Shown here: one piece after another, positions 30,797 through 41,965 of the stretch
Layout: every line of letters starts with the position of its first letter
Position numbering within the stretch: the stretch's first letter is position 1
Assembly: GCA_963830915.1 (NCBI GenBank)
Contig: CAWHOE010000047.1
Span: 7,781-71,780, forward strand
Reading direction: 5' to 3'
Source of the DNA: a candidate division FCPU426 bacterium
GTDB taxonomy: Bacteria > Oederibacteriota > Muellerivitia > Muellerivitales > Muellerivitaceae
Length of the DNA: 64,000 nt
Notes under the pieces: generated by a model
What the model was told of the DNA's origin: nothing
What the model saw: only the letters and a program-made list of their open reading frames with translations
Databases searched by the model: none
Translations under genes and position numbers: made by a program

Positions 30797-32665
30797 ATGA
30801 AAACGAACAAACCTTACCAGAAAACTGATCCCCGGATCGAGGAAGCGCTTTTTCTCCATCGATCGGGAAAACTGGCGGAAGCGGAAGAACAGATCAAGAA
30901 GCTGTTGAACTTCTTCCCCAAGAATACCCAGCTCCTGACCCACTTGGGGACCATTCACCTTCAACAGGGCAATCCGGAAGAAGGGGTCCGTATCCTGAGC
31001 AAGTCCTTACAGATCGATCCCGATCAGCCCATGGCCTTATTGAACCGCTCTAACGGGCTGGTCACCCTAAAAAGATTTCAAGATGCCCTGACCTCTTACG
31101 ACCGGACCCTCGCCATCAAACCGGATTTTGCCGAGGCCTATTACAACCGAGGCGAGGTCCTGCTGGGGCTCAACCGTCCTCAGGACGCCGCCGCCGACTT
31201 TGACCGCGCCGCGTCCCTCCATCCTGATTTCCCTGGGGCTTATTACAACCGCGGCCTCGCCCTTGAAAAACTCGGACGGCTGGAAGAATCCCTCGCCAGT
31301 TTTGACCGGGCCCTCGCTCTTCGTCCCCAATATCCCGAGGCCCATTTCAATAAGGGCAATATCCTGAGAAAACTTGGGCGTTTTGACGACGCCTTGATCG
31401 AATACGGGCTATCGATCACCCAACGGCCAGATCACGTTGAGTCTTATACGAACCAAGGTTATGTCCTTCAGGATCTCCAACGCCTGGATGACGCCCTGGC
31501 CAGTTATGACCGAGCCATCGCGCTCCAGCCGGATCGGCCCGAGGCCCATAACAACCGAGGGACCGTTCTGCGTAAACTCAAAAGACTTGACGAAGCCCTT
31601 GCCGCCCATGACCGGGCCATCGCTCTCCATCCAGGTTATGCCGAGGCCCATAACAACCGGGGCACGGTCCTTCAGGAACTCAAAAGGCTGGACGAGGCCC
31701 TATTAGCCCACGACCGGGCCATTTCACTCGACCCAGGTTATATGGAGGCCTACTGGAACAAGGCGCTGCTGAAACTTCTGATGGGCGATTATCCCGAAGG
31801 ATGGGAACTTTATGAAAAACGCGCCAAGCCCAGACGATTCACCCAACCCCTTTGGAACGGCACAGAATCGCTCAGGGGCAAAACCATCCTGGTCCATACC
31901 GAACAGGGTTTTGGGGATGTGATCCAATTCAGCCGGTACGCTCCCATGCTCGAGAAACTGGGCGGCCTGGTCCTATTCGAGGCTCCCCAAGCCCTGGTTT
32001 CTGTCCTTTCGACCCTGGCGGGAAACATCACTTTCATCGAGGCCGGCAAACCCCTTCCTGATTTCGACTTTTATCTTCCCATGATGAGCCTGCCATCGGT
32101 CTTCCAGACAACGTTGGAAACCATTCCCGCCGAAGTCCCCTACTTGTTCCCTCCGCCAGGCCAAAAGGATCTATGGACTGAAAAGCTGGGGAAACGGACC
32201 GTCCCAAGGATCGGTTTGGTTTGGTCGGGGAAACAGGAACATTCCAATGACCATAACCGAAGTATCGGCTTGGAAAACCTCGCTCCTTTACTGAAATTGC
32301 CCTTCGAATTCCATTCCTTGCAAAAGGAATACAGGGAAAAAGACAAGGCCTTGCTGGCTGGCCTTCCCACCTTGAAGGACCATCACCGGGATCTGAGGGA
32401 CTTTTCCGACACGGCGGGTCTGATCCATGAAATGGATATGGTCCTTTCGGTCGATACTTCTGTGGCCCATTTAGCTGGCGCCATGGGCAAACCGCTCTGG
32501 GTGCTTCTGCCCTATCTGCCGGATTATCGATGGCTATTGGAACGTTCGGATAGCCCCTGGTATCCAACCGCGACCCTTTTCAGGCAATCCAAGGACGGGG
32601 ACTGGCAATCGGTTATTTCGGAAGTCCTAAAACGGATGGAAACTGAACTCAATATAAACCTATAG
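30797..32665 (+). CDS. TPR-repeat protein with C-terminal GT9-like (heptosyltransferase-like) glycosyltransferase domain
   Basis: About 330 aa of canonical 34-aa TPRs (AEAYYNRG.., AEAHNNRG..), then GKTILVHTEQGFGDVIQFSRY..SVDTSVAHLAGAMGKP. Confidence 0.7.
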   Translation: MKTNKPYQKTDPRIEEALFLHRSGKLAEAEEQIKKLLNFFPKNTQLLTHLGTIHLQQGNPEEGVRILSKSLQIDPDQPMALLNRSNGLVTLKRFQDALTSYDRTLAIKPDFAEAYYNRGEVLLGLNRPQDAAADFDRAASLHPDFPGAYYNRGLALEKLGRLEESLASFDRALALRPQYPEAHFNKGNILRKLGRFDDALIEYGLSITQRPDHVESYTNQGYVLQDLQRLDDALASYDRAIALQPDRPEAHNNRGTVLRKLKRLDEALAAHDRAIALHPGYAEAHNNRGTVLQELKRLDEALLAHDRAISLDPGYMEAYWNKALLKLLMGDYPEGWELYEKRAKPRRFTQPLWNGTESLRGKTILVHTEQGFGDVIQFSRYAPMLEKLGGLVLFEAPQALVSVLSTLAGNITFIEAGKPLPDFDFYLPMMSLPSVFQTTLETIPAEVPYLFPPPGQKDLWTEKLGKRTVPRIGLVWSGKQEHSNDHNRSIGLENLAPLLKLPFEFHSLQKEYREKDKALLAGLPTLKDHHRDLRDFSDTAGLIHEMDMVLSVDTSVAHLAGAMGKPLWVLLPYLPDYRWLLERSDSPWYPTATLFRQSKDGDWQSVISEVLKRMETELNINL

Positions 32666-32793
32666 ACAACTCCTCTCATCGGCTTTCATTCCCTTCCCTT
32701 ACATTGGGCCCTCAAACCCACTTTCACGTTATTAGTGGTAATATTTTGTTTAACATTTATTCCTTATATATTCGGGGAGGAATTAGCAAACCC

Positions 32794-35700
32794 ATGAAAC
32801 GACACATCATCATCGCCATCGTCTTGATCCTTGGACTTCCTTTTTTACTTGGCTTTAAATCCCTCTCAAAAAACAAGCCGGTTCCCCATCGCGGGCTTTC
32901 TCCATCCGTTCAAGCGCGTCTTTTGGAGACCTATGGCCATCTTCCATTGGCCTTCGAACCCAATCAGGGACAGATCGATCCTCAGGTCCAGTTCCTCGCC
33001 CACGGAAAAGGCTATAGCCTCTTTGTCACATCTCAAGAGGCTGTGCTGGTCCTGAAAAAGCCAAAAACCATCGCTCCCCCCAGGTCCCCGATAAAAGGTG
33101 TCCGGACCAAAAGCAGCGTTTTCCTCGCGCCCGACCATACCCCGCCGCTCGCGATCCACCTGAAACTGGAGGATGTCCTGCCGAACGCCGTTTTTGAAAG
33201 CATGGATAAACTTCCCGGTATCAGCAGTTATTTCATCGGCAAGGATCGATCCAAATGGCATCGGAACATCCCGCAGTTCTCCAAGGTCGCGGCCCATGGT
33301 GTCTTTCCGGGTGTGGACATGGTCTATTACGGGAACCAGGGAAAACTGGAATATGATTTTGTGGTCCAACCTGGTTCGGACCCAGGCGGAATCCATTTGA
33401 GGATCGAGGGAGCCAAGAAAATCCAGGTCACCAGCCAAGGAGACCTGGAACTCTTAACCGATCAAGGCGCCTTGAACTTCCTTGCCCCTAGTATTTACCA
33501 AGAGAACCAAGGGCAAAAAAATGTCGTGGAAGGCCGTTACAAGCTGACCGAGGACGGGAAAATAGGTTTTGAGATAAAAAATTATGACCATTCCAAACCT
33601 CTGGTCATCGATCCGGTTTTGGACTATTCCACTTATTTAGGAGGAACAGGGGCCGATCAAGGCAACGGGATCGCCTTGGACGGGGCCGGTGACGCTTACA
33701 TCGTCGGGAGAACCACCTCCTCCGACTTCCCCTCGGAAAATGCCTTCGGCGGGACCCAGAACGCTTTTGTCACCGAGATCGATCCTACCGGGTCGAACTT
33801 CATCTATTCGGTCTATCTGGGTGGCACGGGTTACGATTACGGTCAGGCCATCGCGGTCGACTCGGCCAGGGAACGCCTTTATCGCCGGCTACACCAGTTC
33901 CGCCGATTTTCCCACCCAATCCCCTTTGCAGGGTTCGCTTAACGGCACCCTGAACGCTTTCGTGACCGAGATCATGGCAGGCGCTTCATCCCTGGGCTTC
34001 TCGACCTACTTGGGTGGATCGGGTCAAGATGGGGCTTTCGGACTGGCCCTGGATGGTTCGGAGAACATTTATATCACCGGAGCCGCCACATCCACGGACT
34101 TCCCCACTTATATCCCGATCCAATCCTCACTGAATGGTTCCCAGAACGCCTTTGTGGCCAAACTCAACGCCGGAGGAGGGTCTTTAGCTTATTCCACTTA
34201 TTTAGGGGGGAGCGGGAGCGATAATGGAAATGGCATCGGTGTGGATTCCAACGGGAACGCCTATGTGGTTGGTTTTACCTCTTCCACCGATTTCCCCACC
34301 CAATTCCCTCTCCAAGCCTCTTTGGCCGGCACCAACAACGCTTTTGTCACTGGGATCAACTCGGCCGGCACCGCTTGGATCTATTCGACCTACCTGGGAG
34401 GGAACGGCACCGATTCGGGCACCGCTATCGCGGTGGACCCCAGCGGGGACGCCTTTGTGACCGGCTACACCAACTCCACCAATTTCCCGACCCAGAACGC
34501 TTTCCAATCCACCTTGACCAATAACCTGGACGATATTTTCGTGACCGAGATCAACCCGACCGGGTCCGCGATGGTCTATTCCACCTATCTGGGGGGATCA
34601 TCGTCCACCTATGGCGACCAGGCCTACGGCATCGCGGTGGACCCCAGCGGGGACGCCTATGTGACCGGCTACACCAGTTCCAGTGATTTCCCCACCCAAA
34701 ATCCCGTCCAACCGAACATGGTCTCAGGCGCTCCCGTCAACGCCTTCGTCTCGGAATTCGGGCCCGGGGGGACGGCTTTGCTTTTTTCCACTTTTTTAGG
34801 CGGCTCGGGCGGCGAGCAAGGTTATGCCATCGCGGTCGACGGGACCAACGATTGCTATGTGACAGGCTATACCTATTCCACCGACTTCCCCACCACGACC
34901 AATCCCCTCCAGCCCGCCAACGCCGGGGTCCCTGACGCTTTTATTTTCGAGATCTCCCAGCCCTCCCCCACGCCTACCCCAACCCCCACTGACACGGCTA
35001 CGAACACGCTGACCGGCACCCCCACCAACACCCCGACCATTACCAATACTCCCACGAATTCAGCGACAACCACCTCCTCTTTCACGCCAACCTACACCGC
35101 CACCGGCACGATGACCGGCACACCGACCAATAGTTCGACCCTGACCGTTACACCGACCATCACCAACACTCCCACCAACTCAGGCACAGCGACCCTCACT
35201 TCCACACCCACCAACACCGGCACAAACTCCTCGACTTATACCCCTTCAGGGACCCCGACATTGACCGACTCCCCGACCATCACCAATACTCCCACCAACT
35301 CAGCCACATTGACTTCATCCTCCACAGCCACCAACACCGCGACGAACACCATGACCGGCACTCCCACTTCAACCGCGACCACCACCTTTACCTTCACCGA
35401 CTCCTTCACGCCCACCCAGACTCCGACATCGACTTATTCTTCCACCCCCACCAGCACTTTCACCAACACTGCAACCCCCACCAAGACCTGGACATCAACC
35501 TACACCTTCACAGGAACCCCAACTTCGACCTTTACGAACACTTTCACTTACACTTTCACCCCAACCATCACCTACACCCCAACCTCCACACCCACTGAAA
35601 CCTTATCCCCCACCATGACTCCCCCGCTTTATTCCATCCCGGTGATCTACCCCAATCCGGCCGACGGGACCGTTCCGGTCCGGTTAAGACCCCCGGCCTT

Positions 35701-35908
35701 CTTCGGCGTATCGGACGTCAAGGTGCAGATCTTCACCCTGGCCTATCGAAAGGTGCAGGAAACCTTCTATCCCAGGATCACTTCCGGTACCGATTGTTTG
35801 CTCCCGCTCGTGGACAAATGGGGAAAACCCCTGGCGGACGGTCTTTACTACGTGGTCGTCCATACTTCCCAGGGACGGACCATCGGCAAACTGCTGGTTC
35901 TTCGCTGA
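32794..35908 (+). CDS. secreted beta-propeller-repeat (SBBP-like) protein with PT-rich linker and T9SS C-terminal sorting domain; apparent frameshift near 33870 (track ORFs 32704..33942 and 33689..35908)
   Basis: Signal peptide MKRHIIIAIVLILGLPFLLG. Repeated YSTYLGGSG.D.G.GIAVD..GNAYVTGYT.S.DFPT units. A Thr/Pro tract of about 230 aa. The final 85 aa are YPNPADGTV...GLYYVVVHTSQGRTIGKLLVLR. Confidence 0.75.
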
Positions 35909-36001
35909 GGGTTCTTTCCGCTTCAATGAAAAACCCCCGGCCCTGAGAGGACCGGGGGTTCAAGATCAAACCCCAAACCATTCGAATTCGATCAAAGTCT
36001 T

Positions 36002-36724
36002 TTATTTTCCCAGCCATTTGGGAAGGGGTTTCCTTCGATGTTTCAGCATGGAAAGGTAGAAGTCGCTCCCGTGTTTGAGGGCCAATAGGATCGCGCAAAA
36101 GATCCAGGGCGATAATGGATAACCAAATTTCTGCGAAAACACCATTAGGAATCCGCTGATAAAAACGGTGGCGAACAAGATCATGGGGGCGTGCATGTTG
36201 TAAGCCAGATTGGTGATCCGTTCCTTATGGAAATCCACGATCACCGCCCGGCTCAACAGGTCCTGGACCCAGTAGAACCCCATATAGATCAGGCTCCATT
36301 CCAGTCGCGATCGATAGATCTCGATCGGCACCAATCCTTCCGATTTGGAAATGGCTCCAAAAATAACTAACAGAGGGATGAGTACCATGAAATAATATCC
36401 CCAATCCCCCGTGGGCTTATTCGTCCGAGAGTCCCGCACCAAATCGGGTTTTTGTCCCGGGTGAGGGGGCGAGCATAAGTAAGGCAGGACCTTCTTCAGA
36501 CCATCCGGCCCAAAACGGTTCAGGCCCATCAACATTTCCACCGTGAAGAAACGGGCGCAGGCCATGAACCCGAAGGAAAAAATGACCACTCCCGGGTCAT
36601 AGTGGGTGTTCTGGAGGGATATCACGATGAAAGTGAAAGAGACCAGGTTGCACAACATCGCCGTCAAGGGCATTGAAAACACTCCCGGGGCCATGGATAC
36701 AAGGGAAATGGATCTAACCGGCAC
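36002..36724 (-). CDS. hypothetical polytopic membrane protein
   Basis: 240 aa with about 6 TM segments. Confidence 0.4.
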   Translation of the reverse strand: MPVRSISLVSMAPGVFSMPLTAMLCNLVSFTFIVISLQNTHYDPGVVIFSFGFMACARFFTVEMLMGLNRFGPDGLKKVLPYLCSPPHPGQKPDLVRDSRTNKPTGDWGYYFMVLIPLLVIFGAISKSEGLVPIEIYRSRLEWSLIYMGFYWVQDLLSRAVIVDFHKERITNLAYNMHAPMILFATVFISGFLMVFSQKFGYPLSPWIFCAILLALKHGSDFYLSMLKHRRKPLPKWLGK

Positions 36725-36833
36725 ACCTGGATTATAAACTTGTCTGAGGGATCTACAGGGGCAAATTTCAGGTGATCAACAGGGGAGCGGCAGGCGCCAG
36801 CACCCCATTTTCAGAACGCCCGTTCGGGAATAT

Positions 36834-37199
36834 TTACGCGGGGACATCGTTCTGCAGATAATCCTTCAAAGCCTCTTTATCCTCGTCCGGCATCAATAAC
36901 AGGTGAAGACCCGCTCCCTGTTTATTGGCCCAGACCACCTCGGCGTAGGCGAAAAGGTGCTTCGATTTTTGAGGGACCGAGATATCCAGGCTGAACACAT
37001 CCCCCAGTTTCACCGTTTGGCCCGTCTTGATGTACATCCCGCTCAGGTTCAGGTCCTTCGCCAGGGCCGGATGGCCCTTCAGGTTCTTCAAACGTTCCGG
37101 GTCGTCGACCAGATGATATTGAACGGGGATCTTCACTGGAACCCGCGAGCTTCCCCTTTTTTCCAGGACCATCATATCTTTAGCCATAAGATCCCCCAT
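36834..37199 (-). CDS. PilZ domain protein (c-di-GMP binding)
   Basis: EKRGSSRVPV (RxxxR-like) and DLNLSGMYIKT (D.S.GG-like) at the expected spacing. Confidence 0.6.
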   Translation of the reverse strand: MGDLMAKDMMVLEKRGSSRVPVKIPVQYHLVDDPERLKNLKGHPALAKDLNLSGMYIKTGQTVKLGDVFSLDISVPQKSKHLFAYAEVVWANKQGAGLHLLLMPDEDKEALKDYLQNDVPA

Positions 37200-37340
37200 T
37201 GACCGATCGCTTCGAACGGCATCACTTTAATGGCGGAAGGGGCGGAAAAGAAAGTGGGGGAAAAAATATTTCGGGGAGAACGACGAAAGCCGGTGAAAAC
37301 CCTTTTTCGGATCAATTAACCCTCGTTTAACACCCAGGGC

Positions 37341-39158
37341 TCAAGACTGGGCGCGTTTCGCCTCCAGCTCTTCCCAGCGTTTGAAAAGGGCGGCCACCTG
37401 GGCCTTTTCGGCGTCGACCTTTTTCTGCCGCTCCACCAGTTCGGGAACATTGGAAGCGATCTTGGGGTATTCCAACCTGGCCAGGGCTTCTTTGACCCTC
37501 GCCTCTCCCTCATGGATCGCCTTTTCCATGCCTTCCCATTCCTTCAATTCCCTCGTGGTCAGGGCCTTTTTGGGTTTCTCCCTGGCCGGCTGTTGGACCG
37601 CCTGGGATGGTTTCGCTTTGTCCTTCGAGCGTTCCTCCAACCTGAATTCCTCCCACTGGGACAGGTCGGCGAAAAAGCCAGCGTTCCCCTTACCGTCGAG
37701 GGCCAATATCTGACGGCTCACCCGGTCCAGAAGGTACCGGTCATGGGTCACCAGCACCAGCGCCCCGGGGAACTCGGCCAGGCTTTGCTCCAACACCTCC
37801 AGCGAGGGGATATCCAGGTCGTTGGTCGGTTCGTCCAACAGCAGGAGGTCGGCGGGCTTGAGCATCAGTCGGGCGATCAGGACCCGGGACTGTTCCCCGC
37901 CGGAAAACCGGCTCAAGGGCCGGTCCAGTTGGTCCGTCTCGAAAAGGAACCGGGTGGCCCAGCTGGCCACATGGATGGGTCTTTCCTTATAGAACACGTA
38001 ATCGCCCTTCTCGCAAAGGGCCTGCCTCAGGGTCTGGTCCAGGTCCAGCTGGTCCCGGTGCTGGTCGAAGGTCACCACCCGTAACTGCTCCGCCTGTTTC
38101 AGGGTCCCCGTGTCCGGATGCAATTCCCCGGCCAGGATCTTCAACAGGGTGCTCTTGCCGCTCCCGTTCTCGCCCAGCAATCCCAGCTTGTCCCCCGGCG
38201 TGAGCAGCAGGTCCAATGGCCCGAAGAGCTTGCGCCCGCCCAGGGTCTTTCCCACCTTGGAGGCCGCCACCAGCCTCTGGGTCTGGCGGTCCGACCCCGA
38301 GAAATCGATGTCCACGTTCTTGCCCTGGGAATTGCGGTACTTCAGGTCGTCCAGTTCTTCCATCAGATTCCCGGCCCGGTCGATGCGGGCCTGCTGTTTG
38401 GTCTGCCGGGCCTTCGGGCCCCGCCTCAGCCACTCGATCTCCCGCCGCACCTGGTTGGCCACCGTATCCTCGTGCTTGGATTGGGTGTTGAAAAGGTCCT
38501 CGCGTTTTTCCAGGAACTGGCTGTAATTCCCCTCGTTGGCGAAAAAGCCTTCCGGGTACCGTTTGTTCAGCTCGATGATCCGGTTGCTGACCCTCTCCAG
38601 GAAACGCCTGTCATGGGTCACGACCAGGAAAGCGAAATTCAAGCCTTCCAGGAAACCCTCCAGCCAGAGGACGCCTTCCATATCCAGATGGTTGGTCGGC
38701 TCGTCCAACAACAGCAGGTCCGGTTCCCGGACCACCTGGGTCAGGATGGCCAGCCTCTTGCGCCAGCCGCCGGATAGCTTCGACACTTCCTGGTCCGGGT
38801 TGTTGAACCCCGCGTTCTCCAGTCCCGTATCCACCCTTATATCCACTTCCCAATCTTCCAGCCCCAAACCCTCCAGGCCCTTGGAAAGGGCCATCCGAAC
38901 GGTCAACCCGGACTCGGCTTCCTCGAAACGGTCCTGCTGGGGCAGATAGCCGACCCTTAAGCCCTTTCGGTAGGCCAGGGTCCCCTCATCCTGTTTTTCC
39001 TCGCCCGCCAGTATCTTCAATAAGGTGGATTTTCCCGTTCCATTTGGTCCGATCAAGCCTGTCCGTTCCCCCTCGAAAAGGCCGAAGGAGAGGTGCTCGA
39101 AAAGGGGCCTGGAACCGAATGTTTTTGATAGATTCTGGCAACTCAGTAAAATTCCCAC
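37341..39158 (-). CDS. ABC-F family ATPase (two ABC domains, no TMD)
   Basis: Two Walker A motifs (GPNGTGKST, GENGSGKST), two LSGG signatures, an inter-domain linker and a charged C-terminal coiled coil. Confidence 0.9.
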   Translation of the reverse strand: MGILLSCQNLSKTFGSRPLFEHLSFGLFEGERTGLIGPNGTGKSTLLKILAGEEKQDEGTLAYRKGLRVGYLPQQDRFEEAESGLTVRMALSKGLEGLGLEDWEVDIRVDTGLENAGFNNPDQEVSKLSGGWRKRLAILTQVVREPDLLLLDEPTNHLDMEGVLWLEGFLEGLNFAFLVVTHDRRFLERVSNRIIELNKRYPEGFFANEGNYSQFLEKREDLFNTQSKHEDTVANQVRREIEWLRRGPKARQTKQQARIDRAGNLMEELDDLKYRNSQGKNVDIDFSGSDRQTQRLVAASKVGKTLGGRKLFGPLDLLLTPGDKLGLLGENGSGKSTLLKILAGELHPDTGTLKQAEQLRVVTFDQHRDQLDLDQTLRQALCEKGDYVFYKERPIHVASWATRFLFETDQLDRPLSRFSGGEQSRVLIARLMLKPADLLLLDEPTNDLDIPSLEVLEQSLAEFPGALVLVTHDRYLLDRVSRQILALDGKGNAGFFADLSQWEEFRLEERSKDKAKPSQAVQQPAREKPKKALTTRELKEWEGMEKAIHEGEARVKEALARLEYPKIASNVPELVERQKKVDAEKAQVAALFKRWEELEAKRAQS

Positions 39159-39289
39159 GCGTCTAACCTCTATATATAAGTGAATTGGAAGCAGGTAAGG
39201 ATAAGGGGGGAAGGGCCAAAAAGATAGATGATTAAACCGGCTCGACCATTCTATTTGCGGTAATATTTTGTGATTCCGGAAGGAGACCC

Positions 39290-39574
39290 ATGGATAACCT
39301 GAAGATCATCACCCAATTGACCGCCATCATCCAAGCCAATGTGGACAAGAACTTCGGCAAGGGCCGTCCGCCGAACAACCGCAGTCTGGAGATGGTCCGC
39401 CAGTACGCCCAGGAAATGCTGGACGCCTATATGAAGGAGATCATCAAGGAATCACCCGAGCTCAAGAAAACCTGGCCCTTCGGCCACCCCTTCAAGGTAG
39501 CGACCAGGGTGAGCGTCCAGACCAGGTCCTATGAGATCGTTATCACCGCCAAGGACGAACCCAAAGGGACTTAA
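39290..39574 (+). CDS. hypothetical protein
   Basis: 94-aa ORF with a plausible RBS; no motif. Confidence 0.3.
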   Translation: MDNLKIITQLTAIIQANVDKNFGKGRPPNNRSLEMVRQYAQEMLDAYMKEIIKESPELKKTWPFGHPFKVATRVSVQTRSYEIVITAKDEPKGT

Positions 39575-39685
39575 CCCGAAATACTCTGTAGTTCAGTCAT
39601 TAAGTAAATGTTCAAACAAATAATTCTTCTTTGCTTTTCTTGGTGTCCTTGGTGAACTTGGTGGTTCAACAGTTTATTTAGTTGA

Positions 39686-41089
39686 TCAACTACCCGCCAG
39701 GTTCGGTCCCGTCAGATGTTCCAGTTTGATGGTCCCAGCCGAAGCCAGGGGTTCCAGCAAAGGCGGTTGACCTTTGGAACTCCGTTCCGAATTTTCCACG
39801 GTCCTTTTCCTGATCTGGGCGTCCAGGTTCAACCGCGCCGGGCTGGCCAGCCCCGTCTGTTCGGATGTGATCAGTGAATCTTTACGTATCCTCCGGAAAT
39901 AACAAAAGCGGTCCAGATTCACCATCTTCCCGACGAACCGCGCCCTGGTCTGGAACTCCAGGTCCCCGCTGAACCGCAAGCCCGTCGCGTAGCCGCCCGA
40001 ACGGACCACCAGGTCCCGGGAGACCAGACTGCTGGGGTGCAACAAGGAATAGGCGCTGTATTTCAAAAGGGCCTGGTTCACATCCAGCGGATAGGTGTTC
40101 GGGAAGGCGTTTTCTTGTAGATACATGACCTCTTGCGTCCCGATAAGCTCGGCGCCTGTCCGTTCCGCTTCCGCCAACAAAAGCTCCAGCCGATCGATCG
40201 AGGACCAGTCATCCGCGTCTTGAAAGAGATAGGCGTCATAACGGGTCTGTTCGATCGCCGATTGGATCAACCGGTAAGGCCCCACATTCGCGGGGGACCG
40301 CCACAAAGTCGCGCCTTTGAACTTCTCGACGATATCCAAGGGAGGCCGCTCGCTTCCGTCATCCAGGACCAGTATCCCATCCAAGGGTCGGGTCTGCTCG
40401 GCCAAGGAACGCAGACAGAATTCCAGCCAGGACCGGCAGTTGTAATAAGGGATCAGGGCCAGGACCTTGGCGTCTTTCCATATCCTGGGTTGGTCATTGG
40501 ATGGCGGAAGCGGAACTTCCTGGGTCGAGCCCGCTTTCGCCGAAAGATAGGGTATCCATCTCCCGCCCTCGGCCGATAAGGTCTCGAAATCCCGAAAAGT
40601 TGGCGGGACGGCCGATGAGAACTCCGTTTGTAACAGGTTCGCTTCCGCGATCCAACCCAGGATCGGAGGCATCAGATGCATCCCTCCTATACTTGGCAGG
40701 TCCATGGCGGGCAGCCAGGGCATGACTCCCCATATCCCCTTCCCCATCTCTTCCCATCGAGGCGGTGAATAAGGGGCCGAGGCGGGCAAATAAGCCATTA
40801 ACTGTGTCGGCACAAAGCCGGCAAGGTCCCGCGGCCATGAGCGGATCTCCACCACTTCCACGCCCGGGAATTTTGTCATCAGCGCCTGGAGTATCCCCGC
40901 TTTTTTCCCAGGCCGACAGGTCACGACGATCTTGAGGAGGGCCTTGCCCCTTTCCCCTCGGGCCATTTCCAATTTGGGGACCAGATTTCCCAGGTCCTCT
41001 CCCGCTTCCAGCACAACCGTCCCAACCCAGGGGGAAAGGGGGGACTCAAGTTTATTCGTGTTATCCATCCTCATCGCGGACCCCGTCAT
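39686..41089 (-). CDS. glycosyltransferase family 2 protein with N-terminal extension
   Basis: ALIPYYNCRSWLEFCLRSLAEQT...LVLDDGS...QDADD (DxD). The track ORF runs to 41230; the start was placed at an internal Met to avoid overlapping the upstream gene. Confidence 0.65.
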   Translation of the reverse strand: MTGSAMRMDNTNKLESPLSPWVGTVVLEAGEDLGNLVPKLEMARGERGKALLKIVVTCRPGKKAGILQALMTKFPGVEVVEIRSWPRDLAGFVPTQLMAYLPASAPYSPPRWEEMGKGIWGVMPWLPAMDLPSIGGMHLMPPILGWIAEANLLQTEFSSAVPPTFRDFETLSAEGGRWIPYLSAKAGSTQEVPLPPSNDQPRIWKDAKVLALIPYYNCRSWLEFCLRSLAEQTRPLDGILVLDDGSERPPLDIVEKFKGATLWRSPANVGPYRLIQSAIEQTRYDAYLFQDADDWSSIDRLELLLAEAERTGAELIGTQEVMYLQENAFPNTYPLDVNQALLKYSAYSLLHPSSLVSRDLVVRSGGYATGLRFSGDLEFQTRARFVGKMVNLDRFCYFRRIRKDSLITSEQTGLASPARLNLDAQIRKRTVENSERSSKGQPPLLEPLASAGTIKLEHLTGPNLAGS

Positions 41090-41111
41090 TTCCCTAGGAT
41101 CGTACCCAGCC

Positions 41112-41756
41112 TTACCGGTTATCGTCCCTGTGCTCGCGGTCGAAGCCCCGGTCCCGCCCCTGTTCATAATGCCCGCGGGGCCTTTCCTTGGCGTCCCACT
41201 CCATGACCTCTTTTTTCTGCATGTAACCATTGTTGATGTCGCGGAAATTCCTGCCCGAGGCCCTCATCTGGGCGATCTCATGGGGATCCCTTCCGTAATG
41301 CTCGGATATGAATTTCAAATTGACGAAATTCACGATGTCCGCGTCGGAAAGATTGATCCTTCGGCCGTGGCCGATGAAGACCCGCTGGCCGTTCGCGTAA
41401 GGGGTGCCCGCGTAGTCGCCCGCGGTGTAGAAGATCCGGGGATTCAGGCGGAAATGGAGGGCGATCTGCATCCAACTCCAACCATGGGTGCGAAGCAGTA
41501 TCACCGCCTCGGGGGAGACATTGGCCCTTTGGGCGATGAAGAACACCACCGGATGCTCCTCGTCCGGGATACCGCTCTCCTGGCAGTTCTGGATCTGCTC
41601 GGTGGAGACCTTGAAATAATCCCCGATGGCCAGATGGAAGGCGTCCACGCCATTACTGCCGATGGCCACTCCCACATTGACCTGGGCTTGCGCCGTCCAG
41701 GGTGAGGCAACGACCGCCAGGGCGGTCACTCCCAAGAACAAAAGTATTTTTCTCAT
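41112..41756 (-). CDS. hypothetical secreted protein
   Basis: Signal peptide MRKILLFLGVTALAVVASPWTAQA and an RD-rich C-terminus. Confidence 0.4.
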   Translation of the reverse strand: MRKILLFLGVTALAVVASPWTAQAQVNVGVAIGSNGVDAFHLAIGDYFKVSTEQIQNCQESGIPDEEHPVVFFIAQRANVSPEAVILLRTHGWSWMQIALHFRLNPRIFYTAGDYAGTPYANGQRVFIGHGRRINLSDADIVNFVNLKFISEHYGRDPHEIAQMRASGRNFRDINNGYMQKKEVMEWDAKERPRGHYEQGRDRGFDREHRDDNR

Positions 41757-41965
41757 GACATCTCCTTTAACGCTCGAAGTTTCGAAACCCGTCTTTCGGG
41801 CCAATAGCCCCCCAGGCCCACAGGATTTAGACGTCTGGAAAAGGAAAATGGATTGCCCTCCTGAAATTTTCAAGGAATGGTCGACACCTGATGGGCCTAC
41901 AGGGCGTCAAAACCCGTAATTCTCCATCGACTTTTCACCAACGCGCTTCACCCAAAAAGGACGCC

